Shown here: positions 8,390 through 18,487 of the stretch, one piece after another
Position numbering within the stretch: the stretch's first letter is position 1
Layout: each line of letters begins with the position of its first letter
Source: Chloroflexota bacterium
GTDB lineage: Bacteria; Chloroflexota; UBA11872; VXNJ01
Assembly (NCBI GenBank): GCA_965261345.1
Contig: OZ253449.1
Coordinates: 2,144,001-2,208,000, forward strand
DNA length: 64,000 nt
Reading direction: 5' to 3'
The notes under the pieces: generated by a model
What the model saw: the letters and a program-made list of their open reading frames with translations, nothing else
Database searches by the model: none
Told to the model about the DNA's origin: nothing
Position numbers and translations under genes: made by a program

Positions 8390-10396
8390 TTGCGCGGCCT
8401 GCGGTCCCCGCTCCTGTGGCTCGCGCTGCTGCTGGCCTCCCTCGGTTGGATGCTGATTGCGGTGCCAGCGGCCAATGCCCAGGGCGAGGACTACGCTATC
8501 GAGGGCGGTTGGTTTTTCACTCAGACGGGGAGCGATTCTGCCAATCCACTCGACGGTTACGCGGTTGTCGACGACGACGATGCCCTGTTCTGGACGGCTT
8601 TTGAGTCCTATGGTGGGGTCGGCGCGGTTGGGTACCCGGTATCTCGCCGGTTCCTGTGGGACGGGTTCGTTACGCAGGTGATGCAAAAAGCCGTATTCCA
8701 GTGGCGTCCGGATCTGGGCGGCACCGCGTTTATCAACGTCTTTGATGACCTGCACAATCATGGTTTTGATCAGGAGCTGGTCGATCTCCTGGTGCCGGCG
8801 CCGGAGCAGTTCCTTGAATCCGGGCTTTCCTGGCCAGAGATTGTCTCAACGCGTACCGCCCTACTCGATCGAGATTCACGCCTGGCGGCAGCTTACGCGG
8901 CCGCTCCCGACCCGCTCCAGTTCTACGGACTGCCGACCTCGCGCGGACGGGACTTCGACGGGCTGCGGGCGATTCGCCTGCAGCGAGCGGTTCTCCAGGT
9001 CTGGACCAAAGATTTCCCCTGGGCGGCGGCCGGTACGGTAACCGTTGCCAACGGCGGCGATCTAGCTAAACAGCTGGGCCTGTTTCCGCGGCCCCCGCTG
9101 GAACCGCACCAACCCGAGGTCGTCCCACCGGTCTGGGGCGCGCCGGTGGAATCGCAATACTTGACCGGAAATTGGTTTGTCGATACCCCGGGATCAACCC
9201 TGATCGTCCGCCGACGTCCCTCGACCACCGCATCGGTCGTTGAGCGCCTAACCCATGGGACCGAGGTATTCCCGACCGGACTTACTATTCTGGCGGGCGG
9301 GCTTGATTGGGTCGAGTTGGGCCCCAACCGATGGGTTGCCGGCGAATTCCTGCGGCCCTACCGCCCGCACCCGGTCTCGAGCCCCACGCCCGAGCCGACC
9401 ATGGGAGTCGATTACACGTCTGGACAGTGGCGGGCTGATGTTCCGGGATCGTTCCTCAACATTCGGACCCGGCCGTCGTTGACGGCGCCGATCGCCGGTC
9501 GGGCGCCGCACGGTCAGGTCTTGGCCCTCTCGGGCAATCAGATCGAATCGGGCGGATCGCTGTGGTTGGAGTTGACCAACGGCAACTGGATCGCCGCCGA
9601 ATTCGTTTCGATGGCGGACCCGGATCCGATTGCGGTCGCGCCCGAGACCGCCGGCGAGATCCTTGATCGTGTCAATGGGTTGCGCCGCCAGTTGGGTCTT
9701 GACCCGCTCACAATTTCCAGCGCCCTGACTCAATCGGCCAGCCAGCACTCCAATTACTGGATACGCAATCGGGGCGACTTTCACAACGAGGTTCCGGGGC
9801 GCGAGTTCTTCAGCGGGATTACGATCTACGATCGCGCCAAAGCGGCTGGTTACGAGCTCAACTGGATCGACGAGGTGGCCGGGCTCCTGGACCCGCCCAG
9901 AACGCTCGAATGGGCGCTGGCCAGCGTTTACCACCGCTACATGTTTCTCCACCCCTCGGCGGTCCACTTGGGTTTTGGATCGGCTTCTGATGGCAACGTA
10001 ATACTGACGATCTTTAGCGTTGGCCTAAGAGTAGATACGTCGCCACCGAATCCGACCCCGACCATATTTCCGATACACCGGTCGACCGGAGTCAATCCGC
10101 GGTGGGATGGATTCGAGTCGCCCGACCCGGCACCCGGCATCGAGCGGCCCCTTGGGGCGCCCATTACCGCCCAGTTCCGCCTCGGCGATGACGTTAGCTG
10201 GGGAACCGCGACGCTGATTCGCACTTCCGATGCCACCGCGGTGCCGGCAACCGTGCAGGTGAGCCAATGGCGGCGATCGCTCTCGCTGGTTCCGCATTCG
10301 CCGCTAGACCCGGGTGAGCGTTATCGTTTTGACGTTGCCTGGACGGTCAACGGCCAACGTGGCAACACGGTCAGCACGTTTACCACCAGCGTCTAG
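8390..10396 (+). CDS. Secreted protein: N-terminal surface domain, two SH3b-like repeats, CAP (SCP) domain, Ig-like C-terminus
   Basis: Signal peptide ending ANA-Q; two LxxRxxPS...W...W(V/I)AxEF repeats; VNGLRRQLGLDPL...HS...YHRYM CAP motifs; start may be 8366. Confidence 0.75.
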   Translation: MRGLRSPLLWLALLLASLGWMLIAVPAANAQGEDYAIEGGWFFTQTGSDSANPLDGYAVVDDDDALFWTAFESYGGVGAVGYPVSRRFLWDGFVTQVMQKAVFQWRPDLGGTAFINVFDDLHNHGFDQELVDLLVPAPEQFLESGLSWPEIVSTRTALLDRDSRLAAAYAAAPDPLQFYGLPTSRGRDFDGLRAIRLQRAVLQVWTKDFPWAAAGTVTVANGGDLAKQLGLFPRPPLEPHQPEVVPPVWGAPVESQYLTGNWFVDTPGSTLIVRRRPSTTASVVERLTHGTEVFPTGLTILAGGLDWVELGPNRWVAGEFLRPYRPHPVSSPTPEPTMGVDYTSGQWRADVPGSFLNIRTRPSLTAPIAGRAPHGQVLALSGNQIESGGSLWLELTNGNWIAAEFVSMADPDPIAVAPETAGEILDRVNGLRRQLGLDPLTISSALTQSASQHSNYWIRNRGDFHNEVPGREFFSGITIYDRAKAAGYELNWIDEVAGLLDPPRTLEWALASVYHRYMFLHPSAVHLGFGSASDGNVILTIFSVGLRVDTSPPNPTPTIFPIHRSTGVNPRWDGFESPDPAPGIERPLGAPITAQFRLGDDVSWGTATLIRTSDATAVPATVQVSQWRRSLSLVPHSPLDPGERYRFDVAWTVNGQRGNTVSTFTTSV

Positions 10397-10657
10397 ATGG
10401 CATCCGCGCCGAACCCGAGGGTGCGCGCTGATTTGGCTGGGGGCATCTCGTCGCGTTCCCGCTAATGTCGTGGGCGTCGACAGTTTTTGCCCGGTGAACT
10501 GGCCAACGATCGGTCAGTCAGGTTCTTGGATCTCCTTGATCGAAACGCGATTGCGCCGACGCATTCTGCCCGCCGAGAGGTCAATAAAATGGTTATCGGG
10601 TCGGCGCGACAGTCTGCCGGTTCAGAGCCGAGTGCCGGCCGTGCTTTCGGTCCCATC

Positions 10658-10733
10658 GCCCACATAGCTCAGTAGGAAGAGCGCATTCTTGGTAAGAATG
10701 AGGTCTCCGGTTCAATTCCGGATGTGGGCTCCA
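10658..10733 (+). tRNA. tRNA-Thr(GGT)
   Basis: GCCCACA/TGTGGGC acceptor, CATTC-TTGGTAA-GAATG anticodon arm, encoded CCA. Confidence 0.96.
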
Positions 10734-10775
10734 AGAGCCAGAGCTAGCCAGACTGCTTAGTCAAAGGAAATCTCA

Positions 10776-11705
10776 ATGACTGCCGTACGGTTGGCCGATA
10801 AAGCTTTGGAAACCGCGCAAGTTGCCTTGGGTATCCGGATCTGGACGCTACGCAAAGCCCTGGAGCTGGACGGTGGCTATGTCTCGCAGGGTTTGTCCTC
10901 GGCCGAGATCCTGGCATCGCTCTACACCCGTCTGCTCAATATCGGGCCCAGCTTGGCGCCGCCGCTGCCGCTCCCGTTCGACGGAACCCCGTCGGCGCAC
11001 AATCCCGGACACCGCAGCGGGGACCTTTACAACGGCGCGCGCAGCAGCCATTTTGACCGGTTCATCTTCTCGCCCACCCACTATTCGCTGGCACTGTACG
11101 CGACCCTGGTCGAGGTCGGTCGGTTGGATCCGGCGGCAATGGATTTGGTCGAAGTCGATGGAGCGGTGATGGAGCGAATCGGGGCCGAGCATTCGCCCGG
11201 CATCGCAATTACCTCGGGCTCATTTGGGCAGTCGCTCTCACAAGCTGCCGGGATCGCATATGCACGCCGGGTCAATGGTGAAACCGGCCACACCTGGATA
11301 TTTATCTCTGATGGTGAATTGCAGGAGGGGCAGACCTGGGAGGCGGTGGCCGCCTGCGGCTTTCACAAGCTTGACAACCTGACGGTGATCATTGATGCCA
11401 ACGGTCAGCAGGTCGACGGCCCGATCAATGCGGGAATGCAGACCGAACCGATCGGCGATCGCCTCGAGGCGTTTGGCGCCAACGTCCTCGAAATCGACGG
11501 CCATGACCTCGACGCTCTGGCCAACGTTCCACACCACCGCAAGGCCGGCTCCACGTTATTCGTAATCGCCCGCACCGACCCGATGCGCGAAGTTCCCGAG
11601 CTGGCCCCGCGAATGCCCGAACTACATTACGTGATTATTTCCGACGAAGAGGAACGGGCCCGATTGACCGGGCGCCTGGCCAAGCTGCGGGAGCGCGTCG
11701 CATGA
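10776..11705 (+). CDS. Transketolase-like protein, N-terminal (ThDP-binding) subunit
   Basis: DRFIFS, TSGSFGQ and SDGELQEG...IIDAN ThDP motif. Confidence 0.85.
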   Translation: MTAVRLADKALETAQVALGIRIWTLRKALELDGGYVSQGLSSAEILASLYTRLLNIGPSLAPPLPLPFDGTPSAHNPGHRSGDLYNGARSSHFDRFIFSPTHYSLALYATLVEVGRLDPAAMDLVEVDGAVMERIGAEHSPGIAITSGSFGQSLSQAAGIAYARRVNGETGHTWIFISDGELQEGQTWEAVAACGFHKLDNLTVIIDANGQQVDGPINAGMQTEPIGDRLEAFGANVLEIDGHDLDALANVPHHRKAGSTLFVIARTDPMREVPELAPRMPELHYVIISDEEERARLTGRLAKLRERVA

Positions 11706-12721
11706 ACGAAACCGGCAACTACGTAGTGCGACCGCACCACTCCAATTTCCCGCGGTTTGCCGCCACCCGCCCCGATGTATTCGCTCTTACCGCCGATCTG
11801 ACCCGCCCCTGCGAGTTGGGGCTGTTCCGTGATCGCTTTCCCGAGCGCACAGTCTCGATGGGGATGGCCGAACAGAACATGATCGGCTTTGCCGGCGGCA
11901 TGGCGCGTGAGGGCCTGATTCCATTCGTCCATACGTTTGGCGTGTTTGCCACCCGACGGGTGATGGATCAGATCGAGATGGCCGTAGCCTACCCCAACCT
12001 ACCGGTCAAGATCCTTGGATTTTTGCCCGGGATCGTATCTCCGGGCGGGGCGACCCACCACGCAATCGACGATGTGGCACTGATGCGTTCGCTGCCCAAC
12101 ATGACCGTGCTGGATGCGGGCGACGCGACCGAAATCGAGACCGTTCTGGACGCGGCCTATGAGCATCCCGGACCGGTATTCGTCCGCATGAATCGCGGTC
12201 GCATCCGTCGTCTTTTTCCCCTGGAAGAACCGCTCCAGATTGACCGTGTGCGGAGTTTATCGACCGGTTCCGATCTGGCGGTGTTTTCATCCGGCATCCT
12301 TACCGAGCACGCGATAAGGGCGGCCGAGGCGCTGCAGAAACGCGGCCTGAGCATCGAACATGTCCACGTCTCGACCCTCAAGCCGTTTTCCGACCCGCAG
12401 ATTGCCGAATCGCTTGGGGCGGCGCGCCTGGGCGCGATTTCACTGGAAAACCATCTCACTGTCGGTGGCCTGGGTTCGGCATTGGCTGAAACGATCGCCG
12501 ATCACGGAATCGCCACCAAGCTGGTAAGACTGGGACTAAGGGATACGTACGCCCACGGCGCCAATCCCGAATATCTGTTGCGCCTGCACGAAATGGATGC
12601 CCTGGCGGTGGTGCGGGTGGCCGAAGACTTGGTTGGCGATCGCCTGGGGATAAGCGAACGGGATCTGGCGGCGGTCGAATTTGAGTCGACTCGGGCCAAC
12701 TATCGCTCCGACGCGCTTTGA
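11702..12721 (+). CDS. Transketolase-like protein, C-terminal subunit
   Basis: ADL, GMAEQNM, GATHH and ENHxxxGGLG motifs; ATGA overlap with the N-subunit. Confidence 0.88.
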   Translation: MNETGNYVVRPHHSNFPRFAATRPDVFALTADLTRPCELGLFRDRFPERTVSMGMAEQNMIGFAGGMAREGLIPFVHTFGVFATRRVMDQIEMAVAYPNLPVKILGFLPGIVSPGGATHHAIDDVALMRSLPNMTVLDAGDATEIETVLDAAYEHPGPVFVRMNRGRIRRLFPLEEPLQIDRVRSLSTGSDLAVFSSGILTEHAIRAAEALQKRGLSIEHVHVSTLKPFSDPQIAESLGAARLGAISLENHLTVGGLGSALAETIADHGIATKLVRLGLRDTYAHGANPEYLLRLHEMDALAVVRVAEDLVGDRLGISERDLAAVEFESTRANYRSDAL

Positions 12722-12765
12722 GAGTGGCGCCCGGCGCCCGGCGGGATTTTCTCGGATCGTAATCT

Positions 12766-12818
12766 TAGATAACATCTATACAAGTGAATAACTGTTGCCA
12801 ACCATAAATACAGGCAAC
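12766..12818 (+). promoter_or_regulatory. AT-rich promoter region with short inverted repeats upstream of the SBP gene
   Basis: TAGAT-aac-ATCTA (12766-12778) and GTTGCC-N13-GGCAAC (12794-12818) in an AT-rich tract before a GAGGAG RBS. Confidence 0.3.
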
Positions 12819-12836
12819 CTGTTTTGAGGAGTTCGA

Positions 12837-14315
12837 ATGCGCAAAATCAGCCGTAGAACCGCGCTGCGCTCAGCCGTAGCCGGGGCCGCCGGACTGGCCG
12901 CCACAGCCGCGCTGGCCGGTTGCGGTGACCCCGAAGTTGTCGAGGTTGAAAAGATCGTAACGGTCCAGGTCCCAGGCGCCACCGAAATTGTCGAGGTGGT
13001 AATCCCGGGTGAGACGACCGTGACCGAGCGCGTCGTAACGATCGAAGTTGAGGTGCAAGCGCCGGATCCGGTAACCCAGGTAACCAGCACCTGGTTTAAC
13101 CAGTCCAGCCAGCAGAAAAATTTCGAAGAGCATGTGGTCGGCCACTATCACCGCCAGCAGAGTGCCTACCGGCTAGATCCGATCCTGGTTCCCAACAACG
13201 AACTCAATGTCAAATTGACGACCGCTATCGCCTCGGGCACCCCGCCCGACGTGGTCCGGGTTGGTGGATCGATCCTGATAAACAACTTCTACCGCCGCGA
13301 AGTCATGCATGACCTCGACCAGTTCGACCCCGACTTGCAATCGGCAGATTTCGTCCCCTCGATTACCGAGTCGATCGTCTGGCGTGGCAAGATCTGGGCG
13401 ATGCCGGTCAACAGCGGTACGATGGCGCTCTACTACAACGCCGATCACTACCGCCAGGCTGGACTTGATCCCGATCAACCGCCGGCCACGACCGAGGATC
13501 TCTTTGAGAACGCCCAGCGGACCCACTCGCTCGGCGACGCGGTCACCGGGATGAATTTCTACACCAAGCCCAACCAGGGCACGGCCAACACCTCAACTGG
13601 TTGGTTTTTCCGCTACGCGGCCTACGGGGTTGACGAATCCGGCACCAAGGTGTTGCTCGATTCACCCGAGTTCACCGAGTACTGGAACTACGTCAAGCGG
13701 TACGTCGATGCGGAGATCCTGCAGTTCAAGTCGACCGACGAGACGTCGGCAACCAACGATTACGGCGCCGGTCTGTTGAGCCACTACGCAGCCTACCCGT
13801 CGCGACTGCAGAACGCGGTCCAGAATCTGGGCATTGAAGTTGGACGGGTAGCGGAGCTACCGGTCGGCCCGCTCTCGAACCTGAATCCGATCGGCTACGG
13901 CGCACTGCAGATTCCGGCTGGCGCCAAAAACCCCGAGGGTGGTTGGCACTTTACCAACTTCATCGGCAATGACCCCGAGAATGACTCGATCTGGTGTACC
14001 GCGTTCGGACAGATACCGCCGCGGTTCTCCTTCCGCGATTCGGTCGTCTACTCGGCCTACCGCCGATCGATTCCCGGCACCCAACCGTTCATTGATGGGC
14101 AGACAAATTCGTACGCGTTCTACTACGGCCCGGGCACCAGTGAAGTCTGGACGGTATTTGCCAGAATTCAGGAAGCTGTCATCCTGGCCAACGCCGATCC
14201 GGCGACCGTACAGGCCGAGCTGGTGGGCGAGGCCCAGGACGCTCTTGACCGCGCGTTGCAGGGCGACGCGCCAACCGAGCGCGTGTTCCCGGCGAACAAG
14301 GGCGGTTACCTATAG
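12837..14315 (+). CDS. Sugar ABC transporter substrate-binding lipoprotein (family 1), Tat-exported
   Basis: SRRTALR twin-arginine motif, LAGC lipobox, SGTPPDV, GKIWAMP and LYYN motifs. Confidence 0.85.
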   Translation: MRKISRRTALRSAVAGAAGLAATAALAGCGDPEVVEVEKIVTVQVPGATEIVEVVIPGETTVTERVVTIEVEVQAPDPVTQVTSTWFNQSSQQKNFEEHVVGHYHRQQSAYRLDPILVPNNELNVKLTTAIASGTPPDVVRVGGSILINNFYRREVMHDLDQFDPDLQSADFVPSITESIVWRGKIWAMPVNSGTMALYYNADHYRQAGLDPDQPPATTEDLFENAQRTHSLGDAVTGMNFYTKPNQGTANTSTGWFFRYAAYGVDESGTKVLLDSPEFTEYWNYVKRYVDAEILQFKSTDETSATNDYGAGLLSHYAAYPSRLQNAVQNLGIEVGRVAELPVGPLSNLNPIGYGALQIPAGAKNPEGGWHFTNFIGNDPENDSIWCTAFGQIPPRFSFRDSVVYSAYRRSIPGTQPFIDGQTNSYAFYYGPGTSEVWTVFARIQEAVILANADPATVQAELVGEAQDALDRALQGDAPTERVFPANKGGYL

Positions 14316-14340
14316 GTAATTCCGGGTAGACCCCGATCTG

Positions 14341-14380
14341 ACCGGGCCGCGCAAACACCAATGCGCGGCCCGGTTTTTGT
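14341..14380 (+). terminator. Rho-independent terminator
   Basis: ACCGGGCCGCGCA-N8-TGCGCGGCCCGGT followed by a T tract. Confidence 0.8.
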
Positions 14381-14438
14381 TATTGGTCTAACTTTTAATT
14401 GAGCCTGGGCACATGTGGGAATCGGGAAGGAGGCGGCG

Positions 14439-15197
14439 TTGCCGGGATGCATCACCCACCTCGGGCACGCGACCTGCCTGATCGAACTCGATCGGGCGAA
14501 AATACTCACCGATCCGTTGCTGCGCCGCAACCTGCTCACCCTCAAGCGGATTTGTCCAGCAGTTGATCCCGCCGACCTGCCGCCACTAGATCTGGTACTT
14601 GTCTCCCATCTGCACCACGACCACTGCGACCCGGCAACGCTCCGGCAACTGCCCGGCCGGCCGGAAATCGTGGCCCCGCACGGTGCGCGGGATTTCCTGC
14701 AGCGTCATCGCCTCGATCATGTAACTGAAGTGGGACCTGGCACCACGATTGCTCGTGCCGGGGTTGTGCTGTCGGCCTTGCGCGTGGATCATTCCGGTGA
14801 ACGCCTGCCGATGGGGCCGCACGCACCGGCCCTGGCGTTCGAAATCAGCGGTTCCAGACGGGTCTATTTTGCCGGTGATACTGGCTACTTTACCCCGATG
14901 CGGACCGATCCGACGAACTTGGATGTGGCCCTGCTGCCAGTCTCGGGCTGGGGTGCCCGGTTGGGCGCGGGGCACCTGGATCCGCAATCAGCCGCCCGAG
15001 CGGCCGCCCAACTGCGGCCGCGCTTTGCCGTGCCGATCCACTGGGGGGCTTACCGCCAATCGTGGACCTGGCGAATGGGCCGCAGGTCGAGCCCGGAAAA
15101 TCCCGCCCGAGAATTTGCAATCGCGCTGTCGCGGTTTGGCCCCGGGATCGAATCGGTAATTCTTAGCCCCGGGTCGGCGACCCGGTTGGAGTTTTAG
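14439..15197 (+). CDS. MBL-fold metallo-hydrolase
   Basis: SHLHHDH, YFAGDTG and PIHWG motifs; TTG 14439 follows AAGGAGG. Confidence 0.85.
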   Translation: MPGCITHLGHATCLIELDRAKILTDPLLRRNLLTLKRICPAVDPADLPPLDLVLVSHLHHDHCDPATLRQLPGRPEIVAPHGARDFLQRHRLDHVTEVGPGTTIARAGVVLSALRVDHSGERLPMGPHAPALAFEISGSRRVYFAGDTGYFTPMRTDPTNLDVALLPVSGWGARLGAGHLDPQSAARAAAQLRPRFAVPIHWGAYRQSWTWRMGRRSSPENPAREFAIALSRFGPGIESVILSPGSATRLEF

Positions 15198-17204
15198 ATG
15201 CCTCGCTTGGGCCGGGTACTCAGGCAGACCGCATTTGTGGTCGTCCTGCAATTGATCACCTTTCTGGTCCTTGACTGGCTGCTGGTCGGATTCGCGATAT
15301 CCAGCGTGGAATCGGCCCTTGCCCTGGCGCTGGCGGTGGTTGCCGGCAACATTTTTGTCCGCCCCCTGATTCTGCTGCTGACCCTGCCGCTGACGATCGT
15401 CAGTTTGGGGTTGTGGTCGCTGGTCCTCAATGCCGGCGTGATCTTTGCCGCCACCGCCCTGGTGCCAGGTGGGATGGCCGATGGCTTTGCCACCGCCCTG
15501 GTGCTGGCGACGGCCTTCGCGTTGGTCAATACCCTGGCCACCGCACTTTCGCTGATCCAGGACGAGGACACTTTCTACTACTACTTCGCCAATCGGGTAA
15601 CCGCCCGGTCCGAAGAGCATGAATTGGTAGGTTCGGGTCTGCTGGTTATCGAAATCGACGGTCTTGCCGAACCGATCCTGCGCGAGGCGATTGGATCTGG
15701 AAGGATGCCCAACCTGCGACGCTGGCTTCGAAGCAATCAGTTTGAATTGCGCCCTTGGTGGTGCCATCTACCCACCCAGACGTCCTCGGCACAGGCTGGG
15801 ATCCTCTATGGAAACGACCGCGATATCCCTGGGTTTCGCTGGTACGACAAGCGCGCCCGGCGGCTGATCGAATCTTCAAGCCTGGAGGCCGCAGCCGAAA
15901 TTGCCGCCGCCCGTGAACACCCGGCGGCGCTGCTTAGCGGGGGCGCCTCGATCTCCAACCTGCTCGACGGGGGCGCCAAGCTCCGCTTTGCCACCGCCAG
16001 CGCGGTCCGCAGTGATGCCAACGTTCAAAAACCGGCCCGGGACCTTTTCCTATTTTTCTACGACCCCTACAGCTTTTTCCGCGCCCTGCTGCTAATGCTC
16101 TACGAGCTGGTGGTGTCGTTTGCGTTTGAGTTGGGTCGATTGCGAAACGGTTCGGCACACATCAAATTCCCGTTCATGCGCGCCGTGTCCACCGTGCTGC
16201 TGGCCGAAGTTTCAACCTTTTTTGCCACCCGCGAACTATTTGATGCCACCCCGGCAATCTACCTCACTTTCGTCGGTTATGACGTCGTTGCCCACTACCG
16301 CGGGCCGCGCAGCCGTGATGCGATGCGCACGCTTAGGACCCTGGATACCCAAATCGGCCGCCTTCGGCGGGTGGCTCAATCGGCTCCGCGCGAGTACTCG
16401 GTGGTTGTGCTCTCCGACCATGGGCAAAGCGCTGCCACCCCCTTTAGGGTGCTGTATGGTTCGACCCTGGAGCAGTTGGTGGCATCGGCGGCGGCCCGGA
16501 CGCAACCGATCTGGATGGCATTGGGTGATTCGGAGCTAATGGGCCACTTCAGCTCGCTACTGACTGGTCCGGCCGAATCAGGTGGGGCCGGCGGGCGGGC
16601 GGCGCGCTCGCTGCTTGGAAGGGTTCGCCAGCGACAGGCCCGACTGGGCGCCCGGTCCGAGGAAGCGCCAGGCGACGGGCCTGACGCGGTCGTGGGCGAG
16701 ATCGTGGTTTGCCCATCGGGCAATCTGGCCAACGTCTATTTTTCCGCACAACCCGAACCGCTGACCGCGAGTGATATCGCGCGTGAATATCCGGCCTTGA
16801 TTCCGACCATTGCCAATCATCCCGGGATCGGTTTCGTGGTCGCCCGCTCGGGAACTGGCGGGGCGCTTATATCGGGTCGGGGTGGCGTCCTAGATCTCGA
16901 CAGCGGCGATCTGGTTGGGCGCGACCCGCTTGAAGGGTACCCGGGCGAACTGGTTGGTTCGATCCGGCGCCTGATTGAGTTTGAAAACGCCGGCGACCTG
17001 ATCATCAATGGAGCGATCTTGCCCGATGGCAAGGTCTGCGGATTCGAAAACCAGGTCTCGGTTCATGGCGGGGCGGGCGGCGAGCAGACCCACCCGTTCG
17101 TAATCGCTCCGACGGCCTTCCACATTGGGCCGGATCCGATCATTGGCGCCGAATCCATTTATGAAATACTGATCGAACACCGTCCACCCCCACCAGAAGA
17201 TTGA
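15198..17204 (+). CDS. Holin-like 4-TM domain fused to an alkaline phosphatase/nucleotide pyrophosphatase-family domain
   Basis: N-terminal RPLILLLTLPLTIVSLGL TM motif; EIDGL, PTQT, YDVVAH, SDHGQ and HGG metal motifs. Confidence 0.8.
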   Translation: MPRLGRVLRQTAFVVVLQLITFLVLDWLLVGFAISSVESALALALAVVAGNIFVRPLILLLTLPLTIVSLGLWSLVLNAGVIFAATALVPGGMADGFATALVLATAFALVNTLATALSLIQDEDTFYYYFANRVTARSEEHELVGSGLLVIEIDGLAEPILREAIGSGRMPNLRRWLRSNQFELRPWWCHLPTQTSSAQAGILYGNDRDIPGFRWYDKRARRLIESSSLEAAAEIAAAREHPAALLSGGASISNLLDGGAKLRFATASAVRSDANVQKPARDLFLFFYDPYSFFRALLLMLYELVVSFAFELGRLRNGSAHIKFPFMRAVSTVLLAEVSTFFATRELFDATPAIYLTFVGYDVVAHYRGPRSRDAMRTLRTLDTQIGRLRRVAQSAPREYSVVVLSDHGQSAATPFRVLYGSTLEQLVASAAARTQPIWMALGDSELMGHFSSLLTGPAESGGAGGRAARSLLGRVRQRQARLGARSEEAPGDGPDAVVGEIVVCPSGNLANVYFSAQPEPLTASDIAREYPALIPTIANHPGIGFVVARSGTGGALISGRGGVLDLDSGDLVGRDPLEGYPGELVGSIRRLIEFENAGDLIINGAILPDGKVCGFENQVSVHGGAGGEQTHPFVIAPTAFHIGPDPIIGAESIYEILIEHRPPPPED

Positions 17205-17264
17205 CCGGCGGCGGGCGGGCTCTAGTTGAAAATTGGCCAAGACCAGTGGTTGGAGCTAATTTTT

Positions 17265-18077
17265 ATGGCTGAAGGCAAATTTTCCGGAGCGGTGGCAGTA
17301 GTTACCGGCTCAACCCAGGGGGTGGGCGCCGAGGTCGCCCGGATGTTCGGGCGCGAGGGTTGCCGGGCAGTTGTTACCTGCGGGCGCAATGAGGCCAACG
17401 GCCGTGCGGTCGCCAATGAAATTTCCGGGTTCGGTTCGCAGGCCGAATTCATTGCCGCCGACCTGAGAGATCTGGCCAAGGTCCGCACCATCATTCCGGC
17501 CGCATTGAAGAAATTCGGGCGGGTTGACTACCTCGTCAACGCGGCGGCGATGTCTGACCGCGGGAACATTCTCGACACCAGTGAGGAGCTATACCAGTCA
17601 TCGCTTGAACTGAACTTGCGGGCGCCATTTTTCCTGATCCAGGATGCGGCCCGAGCGATGATCGAGCGCGGCGGCGGCGGCGCCATTGTCAACGTGCTAT
17701 CGGGGAATTCCTATGGCGGGGGATTGGAACTGGCGGCCTATTCCACCTCCAAGGGTGGCCTGTTGACCCTGACTAAGAACGCAGCCAATTTCCTAGTGGA
17801 GAATCGCATCCGTGTAAACGGGATCGCCCTGGGTTGGACCGACACTCCCAACGAGGATCGGATCCAGGTCAAATATCATGGGGCCGAATCCAACTGGCGT
17901 GAAACGGTCGAACCGCTGCTGCCCTTCGGGCGGATGCTAAAACCCTACGACGTTGCCAATACGGTGCGCTTCCTCTGTTCGGGCGACTCGGGCTTAATGA
18001 CCGGGGCGGTACTCGACCTGAGCTGGGACGTCGTCGGTACCCATGGCACCTCATTGGTCGAATCGCTGGAAGACTGA
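17265..18077 (+). CDS. SDR oxidoreductase (copy 1)
   Basis: TGSTQGVG, NAA and YSTSK motifs; ATG 17265 follows GGAG. Confidence 0.9.
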   Translation: MAEGKFSGAVAVVTGSTQGVGAEVARMFGREGCRAVVTCGRNEANGRAVANEISGFGSQAEFIAADLRDLAKVRTIIPAALKKFGRVDYLVNAAAMSDRGNILDTSEELYQSSLELNLRAPFFLIQDAARAMIERGGGGAIVNVLSGNSYGGGLELAAYSTSKGGLLTLTKNAANFLVENRIRVNGIALGWTDTPNEDRIQVKYHGAESNWRETVEPLLPFGRMLKPYDVANTVRFLCSGDSGLMTGAVLDLSWDVVGTHGTSLVESLED

Positions 18078-18487
18078 GCAACCCCAAAAGAGCTGGCGGA
18101 CAAACGCACTGGTCCCGCGCATAAGATCTCGGGGGTCACCGGCATGGGAATCGTCGTCCGAACAGCTATCCGGCAAATCGGACGGATCAATTAAGTGTCT
18201 TCCCCCCGTTGGATACGCCGGAACGGTCATCGACCGGGTGGTCCGACCGAACGGCAAGGGCCACCCGGTTTTGAAGTGAACATCCCGGTTCATGGCGCGG
18301 CGGCCAGGCACTTGCGGTACGCATGCACCAAGGCGCGGTCTCCTTGGGCCGGACCCGGTCGTTGGTGCTAAGGCCATCTACAAGATTGCCCGCACGCATC
18401 GTCTGCTGGCCGTTGGGGCGCCCAATTTTGCGCGCGCTCGGCCGGTAACTGAAACTTGAAACGAATCACGGTTGGAGTTGAGTATTA

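Noticed and set aside
15198-15560. Prophage, suggested by the holin-like domain
   Set aside because: The domain is fused to a phosphatase-family domain and no phage genes are nearby.
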